DNA from: Wolbachia endosymbiont of Onchocerca ochengi
Lineage (GTDB): Bacteria > Pseudomonadota > Alphaproteobacteria > Rickettsiales > Anaplasmataceae
Length of the DNA: 32,000 nucleotides
Direction of reading: 5' to 3'
Assembly (NCBI RefSeq): GCF_000306885.1
Contig: NC_018267.1
Coordinates: 780,001-812,000, forward strand
Shown one piece after another: positions 1 to 9,488 of the stretch; position 1 is the stretch's first letter, and every line of letters starts with the position of its first letter. A program made the translations under genes and the position numbers. The notes beneath the pieces are model-generated. The model was not told the DNA's origin. It did no database searches and worked only from the letters and a program-made list of their open reading frames with translations.

Positions 1-196
1 GGTTACTTATAGTAAAAATTAGAGGTCATATAAAACTCTTTGATTTATATAAGCCTGTACTAATATATATGACCAAGGTTACGATGTTTTTAATTGTTAT
101 TATAGGTACAAAAGGCTGTTTAAACTCAATAAACTTGTGTAAAAGAGAGGGTAAAGAGGGTTAACTTTATAACCTACAGGATTTATAACTTTTTGA

Positions 197-1906
197 TTGA
201 TGAACATTTTTAAACGAATTTCCTCGCTAATTCTTAGTAAATTAGATGAGTTAAAGCAAAGGAGCGTCATAAATGCTAATGTAGAAAATTTTATCTTAGA
301 ACCTCCAAGTAATAAAGCACATGGGGATGTTTATACAAATATTGCTATGGTGCTCGCAAGGCATGAAAGAAAAAATTCCGTTGAGATTGCAGAGATGTTA
401 GCAGAAGAATTTAAGCTTTTTGATGAAATCGCAAAAATAGAAGTAGCTGGCCCTGGCTTCATTAACATGCACTTTAAAATAGAAGTATGGCACAAGCTTC
501 TCAAGCAAATAAATGAACTTAAAACAGAGTTTGGTACTCTAAACATTGGGAATAACCAGGCCGTTAATGTTGAATTTGTATCTGCAAATCCAACTGGTCC
601 ATTACATATTGGTCATGCAAGAGGAGCAGTATTCGGTGACGTTTTAGCAAATTTGTTAAAAAAAGTTGGTTATCAAGCCACTAAGGAGTATTATATTAAT
701 GATGCTGGAACACAGATAGATACACTAATTCGGTCAGTATATTTGCGATATAAGGAAGCTCTTGGAGAAAAGATTAGTATTGAAAAAGGTTTATATCCAG
801 GCGAATATTTAAAAAAAATAGGAAAAGAGCTAGCCAAAAAATATGGTAAAGGTCTTCTAGAAAAGCAAGATTATCAAATAATTAGAGATTATGCTTTAAG
901 TTCTATCTTAGAACTCATAAAAGAAGATATGCACTTACTTGGAGTAAATCATGATATTTTTACTTCAGAATATGAGTTGCAAAAAAGTGGCAAAATTGAG
1001 GAGAGCATAAAGATATTGTCTAACAAAGGTTTAATATATGAAGGATATCTAGGAAAACCAAAGGGTAAAGAAAGTGAAAATTGGACCTCTAGAAAGGAGA
1101 TGTTGTTTTGCTCAACAAAATTTGGTGATGATGTTGATCGTGCACTTAAAAAAGAAGACGGTAGCTGGACTTATTTTGCATCAGACGTAGCCTATCATTT
1201 TGATAAGATATCACGCGGCTTTAACAATATAATAGTAGAACTTGGTAGTGATCATAGTGGTTATATCAAAAGGCTTAAAGCAGTTGTTTCTGCGCTCAGT
1301 GATAATAAAGCGAAGATAGAAGTAAAACTGCATAATATTGTGAATTTCTTCGAAAACGGAAAACCTGTTAAGATGTCTAAAAGGTCAGGAAATTTTCTGA
1401 CAGTAAAAGATGTAGTTGAGAAAGTTGGTAGAGATATTACCCGTTTTATGATGTTAACACAAAGAAATGACGTGGTTCTCGATTTTGATTTTGCTAAAGT
1501 GAAGGAACAGTCAAAAGGCAATCCTATTTTTTATGTGCAATATGCATATGCCCGTGCTCATTCGTTGATGCGTAACGCTCCAAAAGGACTTCCAAATGCA
1601 GATACTTCACTTTTAAAGACCGATGGAGAACTATTACTTATAAAAATCTTAGCAAAGTGGCCAAGTGTGGTAGAAATAGCGGCAAGGCTTTATGAGCCAC
1701 ACAGAATTACTTTTTACTTACTTGAAGTTGCAGAAGCATTCCATACTTTATGGGGATATGGTAAAAACGACTTGAGCATGCGGTTTATACTAAAAGATAA
1801 TTTAGATCTTACTGCTGCAAGGATATTCCTTGTCCGGGCCTTAGCACATATCATTGCTTCTGGGCTTTCTGTTTTTAACATAGAGCCATTAGAAGAGATG
1901 AAATAA
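197..1906 (+). CDS. argS: Arginyl-tRNA synthetase
   Basis: 569-aa intact ORF. Class I aaRS signature [22 protein letters not shown] (HIGH motif), then [19 protein letters not shown] (KMSK-like) and an ArgRS-type C-terminus. True start may be ATG at 200. Confidence 0.97.
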   Translation: MMNIFKRISSLILSKLDELKQRSVINANVENFILEPPSNKAHGDVYTNIAMVLARHERKNSVEIAEMLAEEFKLFDEIAKIEVAGPGFINMHFKIEVWHKLLKQINELKTEFGTLNIGNNQAVNVEFVSANPTGPLHIGHARGAVFGDVLANLLKKVGYQATKEYYINDAGTQIDTLIRSVYLRYKEALGEKISIEKGLYPGEYLKKIGKELAKKYGKGLLEKQDYQIIRDYALSSILELIKEDMHLLGVNHDIFTSEYELQKSGKIEESIKILSNKGLIYEGYLGKPKGKESENWTSRKEMLFCSTKFGDDVDRALKKEDGSWTYFASDVAYHFDKISRGFNNIIVELGSDHSGYIKRLKAVVSALSDNKAKIEVKLHNIVNFFENGKPVKMSKRSGNFLTVKDVVEKVGRDITRFMMLTQRNDVVLDFDFAKVKEQSKGNPIFYVQYAYARAHSLMRNAPKGLPNADTSLLKTDGELLLIKILAKWPSVVEIAARLYEPHRITFYLLEVAEAFHTLWGYGKNDLSMRFILKDNLDLTAARIFLVRALAHIIASGLSVFNIEPLEEMK

Positions 1907-1950
1907 GTAAAAAGATATGGAAATAAGAGAAACTCCAATCTTCCTGTACA

Positions 1951-3246
1951 TTAAGTTACAGTAGCATGACCCTTTTCTTTCCTGCTGTTGATAATTATTT
2001 CTCCTATTGTTACTACTGCTAAAATAAAGCAGTAATGTACCTGTGTTGATAAGGAAATAGGAGATACAGAGGCTATGCTACCCGCTAGCAATAGTTGGGA
2101 CCCGTAAGGTAAAATGCCTTTTGTAGAACAAGCAAAAACATCTAATAAGTATGCACTACGGTATGGTGCAATATTATGCTTTTTTGCAAGTCTTTTTGCA
2201 ATGCTACCACTTAGTAGAATAGCAATAGTATTATTAGCAACTAAAATAGTAAACATAGATGCTATTCCTGCTATTAAAAATTCAGCTTTAGTTTTTGTAA
2301 TACTGCTTTCATCGATGAGTTTATGTAATGTTTTTTGACCTTGCTTATACATTATATTGCTCAATCCACCAATAAATAGGGCAAACATTACTATCTCATT
2401 TACTTTTTTGAATCCCCTATATATGTCATTAGAGAATTGAATAATAGAATAGTCAGAAAAAGCTATTCCTAGTATACCGGCAATAATTATGTTTACAGTT
2501 ATTGTTACTAGTGTAGTGACTTCAAATAGGGCCATGACTATTAAAGAAATATAGGGAATAACCTTTATTATCGATAAGTAATCTAAATTTGATATAGTAA
2601 CAATTCTTGTACTACCTGCAGTTATTACTAGGTAGATAAGTGTTATAATGCTTGCAATAAACGCTACTTTAGAGTTCACTTGAAATTTATCTTTTATTGT
2701 AGCGTCTTGTGAAGAAACAGATGCAATAGTGGTGTCAGATATCATTGAGAGGTTGTCACCAAATACGGCACCTCCAACTACAGTTGCAGTTCCTATTTCG
2801 AGATCAAAAGCTCCACTTTTTGCTAAGTTAACAGCAATTGGCACCATCAGTGCAACAACTCCCATGGATGTGCCAATTGCAGTTGAAATAAAAGCAGAAG
2901 CCAAGAATAGTCCAGGTAACAATAACCTTGCTGGAAGAAAGTTGAGAATCAGATTGGCAACAGTGTCTGCGCTACCAATTGATTGACTAACAGAAGAAAA
3001 TGCTCCTGAAAACAAGAAAATTAAGCACATAGTAAGGGTGTTTTTGTTACCCATGCCTTCGATGACGGTATCGATGTTATGTTGAATTTTATCTGTTTTA
3101 CGTGAGATAGCAAAAAATAGTGCTGGCAGTAAACAAACTACCGGAGAAATCTGACGAAGTGGATTATCAGTTCCGATAAAGAAAAAATAAATGCCACTTC
3201 CAAGATGGAAGATTAAAAAAATAAATAAAGGGATAAAAGCAATCAT
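1951..3246 (-). CDS. Na+/H+ antiporter, NhaC-type family transporter
   Basis: 431-aa strongly hydrophobic multi-TM ORF with GTSMGVVALMVPIAV, VVGGAVFGDNLSMISDTTIAS and PYGSQLLLA motifs typical of NhaC/antiporter family proteins. Convergent with argS with a 44-bp gap. Confidence 0.85.
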   Translation of the reverse strand: MIAFIPLFIFLIFHLGSGIYFFFIGTDNPLRQISPVVCLLPALFFAISRKTDKIQHNIDTVIEGMGNKNTLTMCLIFLFSGAFSSVSQSIGSADTVANLILNFLPARLLLPGLFLASAFISTAIGTSMGVVALMVPIAVNLAKSGAFDLEIGTATVVGGAVFGDNLSMISDTTIASVSSQDATIKDKFQVNSKVAFIASIITLIYLVITAGSTRIVTISNLDYLSIIKVIPYISLIVMALFEVTTLVTITVNIIIAGILGIAFSDYSIIQFSNDIYRGFKKVNEIVMFALFIGGLSNIMYKQGQKTLHKLIDESSITKTKAEFLIAGIASMFTILVANNTIAILLSGSIAKRLAKKHNIAPYRSAYLLDVFACSTKGILPYGSQLLLAGSIASVSPISLSTQVHYCFILAVVTIGEIIINSRKEKGHATVT

Positions 3247-3515
3247 TCTATTACAATTGAAAGTTTAAACTATAACTAATTAAATAATTTTAAGCAAGTC
3301 TGGTTTCACTACTTCTGTAGAAAGTTGATAGTGGAGTTTTGAAATTTTATATTTAACTTATTTAAGTAACACGAAAGTAGCTGTCCTTATGCTAATTCTA
3401 ATAAAATTGTATAAAAATCTGATCTCAATGCTTGCTAATTGGATAATATTAGGAAGGAATATTAGAATGAAAACGACAATTGACATTTTATTGGATGTTT
3501 ATTACAAATAATGAA

Positions 3516-4472
3516 ATGTCTCAAAGTATTACAACCATATCAATAGAAGATAATAATATTAGGCTGGATAGATATATAAGAAGAATTTTCCCAGACCTGA
3601 GACAGTCTACAATTGAGAAATCTTTAAGAAGAAGGTTGATCGAAGTTGACGATTGTAAAGCGAAATCAAGTGATAGAGTGTACTATGGACAAACTATAAC
3701 AATAAAATACTTAAATTATATTAAAAATGCTAATTCTGACCGCAGATATAATCAAGAGTTAGTGAATATATTGAAAGATAATATTTTATATGAAGATAAA
3801 TATATACTAGCTGTAAATAAACCTACAGGAGTAATTGTTCAAGGTGGTATAAAGGGAAAAGTCAGCATTAGTGATTTACTTGACCGAATCAGAGAAGGAA
3901 AAATATTTAAGATTGTCCATAGGTTAGATAAAGATACAAGCGGAGTGATAATATTTGCGCACAATACTAATGTTGCCAGGTACCTTATGGAGGAGTTTAA
4001 AGAGCAAAGAGTAAAAAAAACTTATTTAGCATTAACTTCCGGCATACCAAGTAAAAATAAAGGAGTAATAGATTATCCATTGATAAAAAAGTGTATTTCA
4101 GGTCAAGAAAAAGTGGTTGTTGACAAATATTCACCTCAGAGTGCCACTACACACTTTTCGGTCATAGCGAGGTTAGAACAAAATGTTGCTTACGTAAAAC
4201 TGCAACCAATTACCGGCAGGACTCATCAGTTAAGGGCACATCTAGCCTATATAAACTGTCCTATTCTTGGTGATGGTAAATACGGTGGTAAAAAAGCTTT
4301 TGTTAATGGAATAGCAAATAAAATTCATCTCCATTCGTATTCTTTATCTTTTAAATTGCCAAGTAACAAAGAGATCACTATCATTGCTCCTCTCCCTGAG
4401 AACTTTAAAAAGTCCATTGAGGTGTTGTACCCCCCCCTCTTAAGGGGTGATTACGAGATAGTTGCCTTTTAA
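3516..4472 (+). CDS. RluC/RluD-family 23S rRNA pseudouridine synthase
   Basis: ORF 3480-4472; likely start at MSQSITTI (3516). S4-like N-terminus (IRLDRYIRRIFP), catalytic HRLDKDTSGVIIFA, GRTHQLRAHLAYINCPILGDGKYG. Last residues YPPLLRGDYEIVAF are encoded by a C8/hairpin stretch. Confidence 0.92.
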   Translation: MSQSITTISIEDNNIRLDRYIRRIFPDLRQSTIEKSLRRRLIEVDDCKAKSSDRVYYGQTITIKYLNYIKNANSDRRYNQELVNILKDNILYEDKYILAVNKPTGVIVQGGIKGKVSISDLLDRIREGKIFKIVHRLDKDTSGVIIFAHNTNVARYLMEEFKEQRVKKTYLALTSGIPSKNKGVIDYPLIKKCISGQEKVVVDKYSPQSATTHFSVIARLEQNVAYVKLQPITGRTHQLRAHLAYINCPILGDGKYGGKKAFVNGIANKIHLHSYSLSFKLPSNKEITIIAPLPENFKKSIEVLYPPLLRGDYEIVAF

Positions 4473-4719
4473 AAAGGAAAAAACATACAGATATAAGCAC
4501 TCCCCCCCCTGTTTTCTAATCTAGACTAGAAATGTGACTGATCTTTTATATGATGAACACTCAATAAATAATGATCAAGAAAAATACAGTAGACATGGAA
4601 GAGGAATAATGAAAAGCCCTACAGGAGAAATAAGTTTCAGGCTATAAAATAGCTTTAGCATGGTAATAGTAAAGTTCTTTAAAACCTTATCAAGCAATTT
4701 TTTTGCGTTTTACTAATAG

Positions 4720-5703
4720 CTAGTATTCAATAGATTTGTAAACGTCAGTACATAACTCATCAATGCTTGGTTCTTTGCTATTTTTGGCAAAGTCCTCCGA
4801 TTTTTTTACTAAATCACGTATTTCCTTATCGATTGTCTTGCATTCTTCCTCTGAAGCAACCTTATTATCTATCATGTATTTTTTTAAAGTGCTTATGGGG
4901 TCACGATTTTGCTTCATATCTTCAACTTTTTCTTTCGAACGATAAGTAGCAGGATCCGACATTGAATGGCCACGATATCGATACGTCTTCATTTCAAGCA
5001 GAATAGGACCTTTACCGCAACGAACGTGCTTAGCTGCTTCAGCTGTTGCTTCATAAACAGAAAAGCAATCCATTCCATCAATCTGCTTTCCAGGAATACC
5101 GAAACCCTCTCCTCTTTTATATAACTCAGTTACTAAAGTTGATCTCTGAACGGAGGTTCCCATTGCGTATCCGTTGTTCTCTATAATATAAATCACTGGC
5201 AATTGCCACAGAGATGCCATATTAAACGATTCATATACTTGTCCCTGATTTGCAGCACCGTCACCAAAATATGTAAATACTACGTTGTCTTTTTTCTTAT
5301 ATTTATTAGCAAAGGCTATTCCTGTACCAATTGGAACTTGTGCACCAACTATTCCATGTCCACCAAAGAATTTTCTTTCAATATCAAATATATGCATTGA
5401 ACCACCTTTACCTTTTGAGCACCCCGTTTCTTTACCAATTAGTTCTGCCATTATAATATTCGGATCAGAATCACATGCAAGCATTAACCCGTGATCTCTA
5501 TAACTTGTGATAAAAGCATCGCCAGGATTTGATGCAGCGTGAGTTCCAACTACAACTGCCTCCTGCCCTATCGATAAGTGACAAAATCCACCTATTAATC
5601 CCATTCCATATAATTGTCCTGTTTTTTCCTCAAATCTGCGCACTAGTAACATTTTTCTGTAAAATCCAATTACCTGTTCTTTAGTGAGATTTTTTGCTTT
5701 CAT
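4720..5703 (-). CDS. pdhA: Pyruvate dehydrogenase E1 component alpha subunit
   Basis: 327-aa ORF; GHGIVGAQVPIGTG, GDGAANQGQVYESFNMASLW, ENNGYAMGTS, TYRYRGHSMSDPATYR motifs of the TPP-dependent E1 alpha. Confidence 0.96.
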   Translation of the reverse strand: MKAKNLTKEQVIGFYRKMLLVRRFEEKTGQLYGMGLIGGFCHLSIGQEAVVVGTHAASNPGDAFITSYRDHGLMLACDSDPNIIMAELIGKETGCSKGKGGSMHIFDIERKFFGGHGIVGAQVPIGTGIAFANKYKKKDNVVFTYFGDGAANQGQVYESFNMASLWQLPVIYIIENNGYAMGTSVQRSTLVTELYKRGEGFGIPGKQIDGMDCFSVYEATAEAAKHVRCGKGPILLEMKTYRYRGHSMSDPATYRSKEKVEDMKQNRDPISTLKKYMIDNKVASEEECKTIDKEIRDLVKKSEDFAKNSKEPSIDELCTDVYKSIEY

Positions 5704-5758
5704 ATCGATTTCTTTTTTATTAAACTCAGATAATATCAGAAATTTCTAACATTTTATA

Positions 5759-6190
5759 ATGGATTATTACCGTTGGCTCGAAGCTTTTCATGTTATTTCT
5801 GTCATTATGTGGATGGCAGGTATGCTCTACTTGCCTAGGCTTTATGTCTATCATGCAGCTGTAAAGCTAGGATCAGAAAACGATAGCTTACTTCAAACAA
5901 TGGAAAAAAGGCTACTTAAATATATTGTGAACCCTGCAATGCTTTTTTCGCTCGGTTTTGGTGTTACACTAATGATGATAAGAGAGGCCTACTACGAGGG
6001 ATGGTTTCATGTAAAAGTATTAGCATTATTCTTTATGTTTGCTATTCATGTGCTACTTGCAAAACATAGGAAAAATTTTGCAATGGGTTTAAATAAGAAA
6101 GCTCATGTTTATTTTCGTGTCCTAAATGAGGTAATCACAGTACTAATAATAGTTATAATTATTGCAGTGATTGTGAAACCGTTTCGCTAG
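5759..6190 (+). CDS. hemJ: HemJ-type protoporphyrinogen IX oxidase (UPF0093 membrane protein)
   Basis: 143-aa ORF; WLEAFHVISVIMWMAGMLYLPRLYVYH, four predicted TM segments, WFHVKVLALFFMFAIH and VLNEV.T motifs. Confidence 0.9.
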   Translation: MDYYRWLEAFHVISVIMWMAGMLYLPRLYVYHAAVKLGSENDSLLQTMEKRLLKYIVNPAMLFSLGFGVTLMMIREAYYEGWFHVKVLALFFMFAIHVLLAKHRKNFAMGLNKKAHVYFRVLNEVITVLIIVIIIAVIVKPFR

Positions 6191-6224
6191 CCTTTATTCA
6201 AGAAACAGTTATTTAAGAGTCTTA

Positions 6225-6253
6225 TTGACATTTTTTAATATCTGTGATAAAAT
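6225..6253 (+). promoter_or_regulatory. Putative sigma70-type promoter for the 169-aa hypothetical gene
   Basis: TTGACA at 6225-6230, 17-nt spacer, TAAAAT at 6248-6253, 32 bp before the ATG at 6286. Confidence 0.6.
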
Positions 6254-6285
6254 GTATAGTGTTCAAGGGTTTAAAGTAAAAACTT

Positions 6286-6795
6286 ATGAGTAGTGAAGTT
6301 CAAGGTCCAAACATTGCAGAGTGGCAAGCTCAACAACAACACCAAGAATATCAAGGAGGAAAGAGTGGTTTTGGTCTTGGTCATAGTGACTCTGTTGCTA
6401 CGATTGTAGATGGAATGAAATGGCTGTTCAGCTTTCATGAAGGAGCAATTACTTCCTACAATAACGTATTTGAAGGTTTGATAAGTGGTAGTAGTTTGGT
6501 AACATTATTTGGAAAATCAGGTAATATGTTTGACATAAAATTTCTTGAAGGTCTTGCAGAACATTTTTCAGGTGGAGGAGGAGATGGTGAAGGTATAACA
6601 TTAGAAGAAACGGATATGGGTTATAGTAATAAAGGTTCTCACCTAGATGATTACTCTAACTCTAGCAGTGAAATAGCTCATAGCGCTGATGGTTTACATG
6701 GTATACATAATTCAGGTGATTATCATGATTGTTCTTTTTCACCTTCTCCTTCACCTTCTGTTGGTGATGACCATGGATATGAGCTTAGTGTCTAA
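6286..6795 (+). CDS. Hypothetical protein, Gly/Ser/His-rich C-terminal half
   Basis: 169-aa ORF starting MSSEVQGPNIAEWQAQQQHQ; GGGGDGEG stretch and PSPSPS near the end; no recognisable domain. Supported by length, codon-like composition and upstream promoter. Confidence 0.7.
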   Translation: MSSEVQGPNIAEWQAQQQHQEYQGGKSGFGLGHSDSVATIVDGMKWLFSFHEGAITSYNNVFEGLISGSSLVTLFGKSGNMFDIKFLEGLAEHFSGGGGDGEGITLEETDMGYSNKGSHLDDYSNSSSEIAHSADGLHGIHNSGDYHDCSFSPSPSPSVGDDHGYELSV

Positions 6796-6866
6796 GAATT
6801 GGTTAAATAACAGTTGAGGAGTAATATTTTTCTTTAATTTATCATAATTGACACGAATTAGTTTTA

Positions 6867-7900
6867 GTGAAAAAGGTTTCAATTTTAGGATCAAGAGGAA
6901 GTATCGAGAAAAAACTGTAGATTTATTACTGAAGAAAAGGAGAAAATATCAGGTAAGAAGTACTCAGTACCTACTCGAGTTTCGCTTTGCTAGTAAATTA
7001 AGCAAAATTGAGGCGCAAAATATGTAACGTAACTATCTCTGATGAAAGGTTTTATAAAGGTTTAAAAGAAAGTTTGCTTGGTACAAGATGTTAAATTAAA
7101 GGTCTAAAGCAAATGTTGCTTCTTTGGCTATTGATCTCTCAGTTAATGTAATAGTTATAGAAAGTGGCACTAAAGTCATTGGCATTAGCAAATAAAGAAA
7201 GTATTGTTTACAGTAGGAAATTACTACTTAAGAAAGCTAAAGAAAAAAATATATAATAATTTACTATTGATTCTGAACACAATACAATTTTTAAAGTTTT
7301 GCAAAATGATGACAAATGCATAGAGAAGATTATACTTGCTGCTTCTTGCAGGGCATTCTTAAATTATAGCTTTGAGCAATTAAGAATTGTTATAGTAGAT
7401 CAAGCATTAAATCGTTCTATTTGGAGCATGGGAAAGTCTCGCCAAATAAAGTTGAAGCAATAGTACACCCTGAATCGGTAATACATGGAGTTGTAGTTTA
7501 TAAAGATGATTTCAACTTTACTGTACTTGCGAAAACTGATATGGTAGTTCCTATTTATAGGTTCTGTCTTGGCCAGAAAGATCAGCTTTAAGTTATAACT
7601 TAGTTTAACAAAGCAAAAGAAATTGACCTTTTAAGAGCCTGACTACAAATGCTTTCCTGCACTAAAGCTTAGCATGGGAGTATTAAATTTCTTTTTGCCA
7701 CACCACAAACAGTATTGTGCTCAATGCTGCAAACAAAGTAGCTGTCAATGAATTTCTGAAATCATGCGTTGATTTTTCTGGGGATAGTAAAAGTGGTAGA
7801 GTTAACAATAGAAAATTTTGATAGCTATATTAACATCAATTCATTACTTAATATAATAAATAGATATTGACCGTGAAAGCCATGTTATTGCTAAAGGAAT
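6867..7900 (+). pseudogene. dxr: 1-deoxy-D-xylulose 5-phosphate reductoisomerase relic (multiply frameshifted)
   Basis: Hand translation across frames gives VKKVSILGSRGSIEKK/TVDLLLKKKEK (NADPH-binding GSTGSIG-like), SDERFYKGLKESLLGT, LALANKESIV, KLLLKKAKEKNI, IDSEHNTIFKVLQNDD, KIILAASCRAFLNYSFEQL, NRSIWSMGKS, EAIVHPESVIHGVVVYKDDFNFTVLAKTDMVVPIY, FPALKLSMGVL, IVLNAANKVAVNEFLKSCVDFSG, IDRESHVIAKGII, all in DXR order on the + strand but in different frames with stops. Boundaries approximate. Confidence 0.88.
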
Positions 7901-7938
7901 TATCGATGTAAAACCCTTATTATGTATAGCTAAAAATT

Positions 7939-8697
7939 TTAATGATCCAGAATATACTCTTTTGTTAAAGAAAACCGAGCGTTTTCAAATACTTCTTGGA
8001 CGCTTCCAGATTCAACAATTTTGCCATTGTGAAAGAAAATTACACTATCAGATAATTTTTTAGCTTGTTTCATTGAATGAGTTACCATAATTATGGTAAA
8101 TCTTAATTTCAACTCTTGTATAAGATTTTCGATTGCATTGGTTGCCATTGGATCAAGTGCGGAACATGGTTCATCCATCAATAAAATAGTCGGTTTTACT
8201 GCAATTGCGCGAGCGATGCATAGCCTTTGTTGTTGACCGCCAGATAAATCTAATGCACTATCTCGTAATCTATCTTTTAACTCTTCCCATAAACCAACTT
8301 TGGTTAAACTATTTTCGACTATTTCATCTAATTTTTCCTTATTTTTTACCATGCCATGTAATTTAGGACCATAAGCAACGTTGTCATATATTGATTTTGG
8401 AAAAGGGTTTGGCTTTTGAAATACCATACCGACTTTTGCTCTGAGCAGTACAACATCCATATCACGTGAATATATATTACCTAGTCCATCGATAATCAGT
8501 CCACCAATAACTTTGCATCCTGGTACGTAATCATTCATGCGATTGAAACAACGCAAAAATGTTGATTTACCGCATCCAGATGGTCCAATAAAAGTAGTAA
8601 CTTTTTTTTTACGAATATCTAGGTTTATATTGAACAAGACTTGTTTAGAACTGTACCAAAGGTTTAAGTTTTTAATGGAGGCACGTATATCACTCAT
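7939..8697 (-). CDS. pstB: Phosphate ABC transporter ATP-binding protein
   Basis: ORF 7939-8754; likely start MSDIRASIKNLNLWYSSKQ (ATG at 8697). Walker A GPSGCGKST, signature LSGGQQQRLCIARAIA, Walker B ILLMDEPCSALDP, and PstB-type MVFQKPNPFPKSIYDNVAYG. Confidence 0.95.
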   Translation of the reverse strand: MSDIRASIKNLNLWYSSKQVLFNINLDIRKKKVTTFIGPSGCGKSTFLRCFNRMNDYVPGCKVIGGLIIDGLGNIYSRDMDVVLLRAKVGMVFQKPNPFPKSIYDNVAYGPKLHGMVKNKEKLDEIVENSLTKVGLWEELKDRLRDSALDLSGGQQQRLCIARAIAVKPTILLMDEPCSALDPMATNAIENLIQELKLRFTIIMVTHSMKQAKKLSDSVIFFHNGKIVESGSVQEVFENARFSLTKEYILDH

Positions 8698-9488
8698 ATT
8701 ACACTCTGCATTGAATAGAGCCCTGGAGTTTTCCTCTTGTTCTCGTATAGCCATATTGCTGCTTGAATAGCGCCTTTAGCAAACGCTGTTCGATCGATTG
8801 CTTTGTGATTTAATTCTATTCGTTCATCAGAATTAATAAACATTACGCTATGATCTCCTATTACTCCACCTCCACGAGACACTGCAAAACCTATTCCACT
8901 CTTTTCTCTTATATTTGAACTATTAAGTAAATATTGATTGAACTTTAAATCTCTTTTTAGAGCGTTAGCAATCGCATTACCAAGTTCTATAGCTGTTCCA
9001 GATGGTGAACCTTTTTTTAAGCTATGATGCATTTCCCAAATCTCAGCGTCATATTTATCTCCCAAAAGCTCAGTAGCCTTTTTTACCAATTTTAGCAGCA
9101 CATTAATTCCAACACTCATGTTCGCTGACCACAATATCGGGATCTCAGCAGCATACTCTTTTAAATTGATATCTTCTATTCCAGTTGTTCCACTAATCAG
9201 AGGTGTTTTGAATTTCACAGCCGCTTTAAGGCAATCTAACATACATTCTTTAGTTGTAAAATCTATTACAATATCTGATGACTCGAATACATCACTAATG
9301 GAATGTGTAATTTTGATTCCTAAAATAGAACTGTGACCTATGATTTGCCCAATATCCAAACCTATGTATTTGCTACCAAAGCGGGTAACAGCGCCTGCTA
9401 TCTCTACTTTAGTATTTGTAACTAATTCACTAAGTATTTTTTTGCCCATCCTTCCTAAGCAGCCTACTACTCCAACTCTGATTTTCAT
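8694..9488 (-). CDS. dapB: 4-hydroxy-tetrahydrodipicolinate reductase
   Basis: 264-aa ORF; VGVVGCLGRMGKKI nucleotide-binding motif, EIWEMHHSLKKGSPSGTAIELG catalytic motif (E..H..K..SGTA), SRGGGVIGDHSVMFI. Stop overlaps pstB ATG by 4 bp. Confidence 0.96.
   Translation of the reverse strand: MKIRVGVVGCLGRMGKKILSELVTNTKVEIAGAVTRFGSKYIGLDIGQIIGHSSILGIKITHSISDVFESSDIVIDFTTKECMLDCLKAAVKFKTPLISGTTGIEDINLKEYAAEIPILWSANMSVGINVLLKLVKKATELLGDKYDAEIWEMHHSLKKGSPSGTAIELGNAIANALKRDLKFNQYLLNSSNIREKSGIGFAVSRGGGVIGDHSVMFINSDERIELNHKAIDRTAFAKGAIQAAIWLYENKRKTPGLYSMQSVI

Noticed and set aside
1-164. Open frame from the window edge (…MTKVTMFLIVIIGTKGCLNSINLCKREGKEG*) resembling a lipoprotein signal or the end of an upstream gene
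   Set aside because: Only about 53 codons, truncated by the window edge and no family recognised, so it may be chance.
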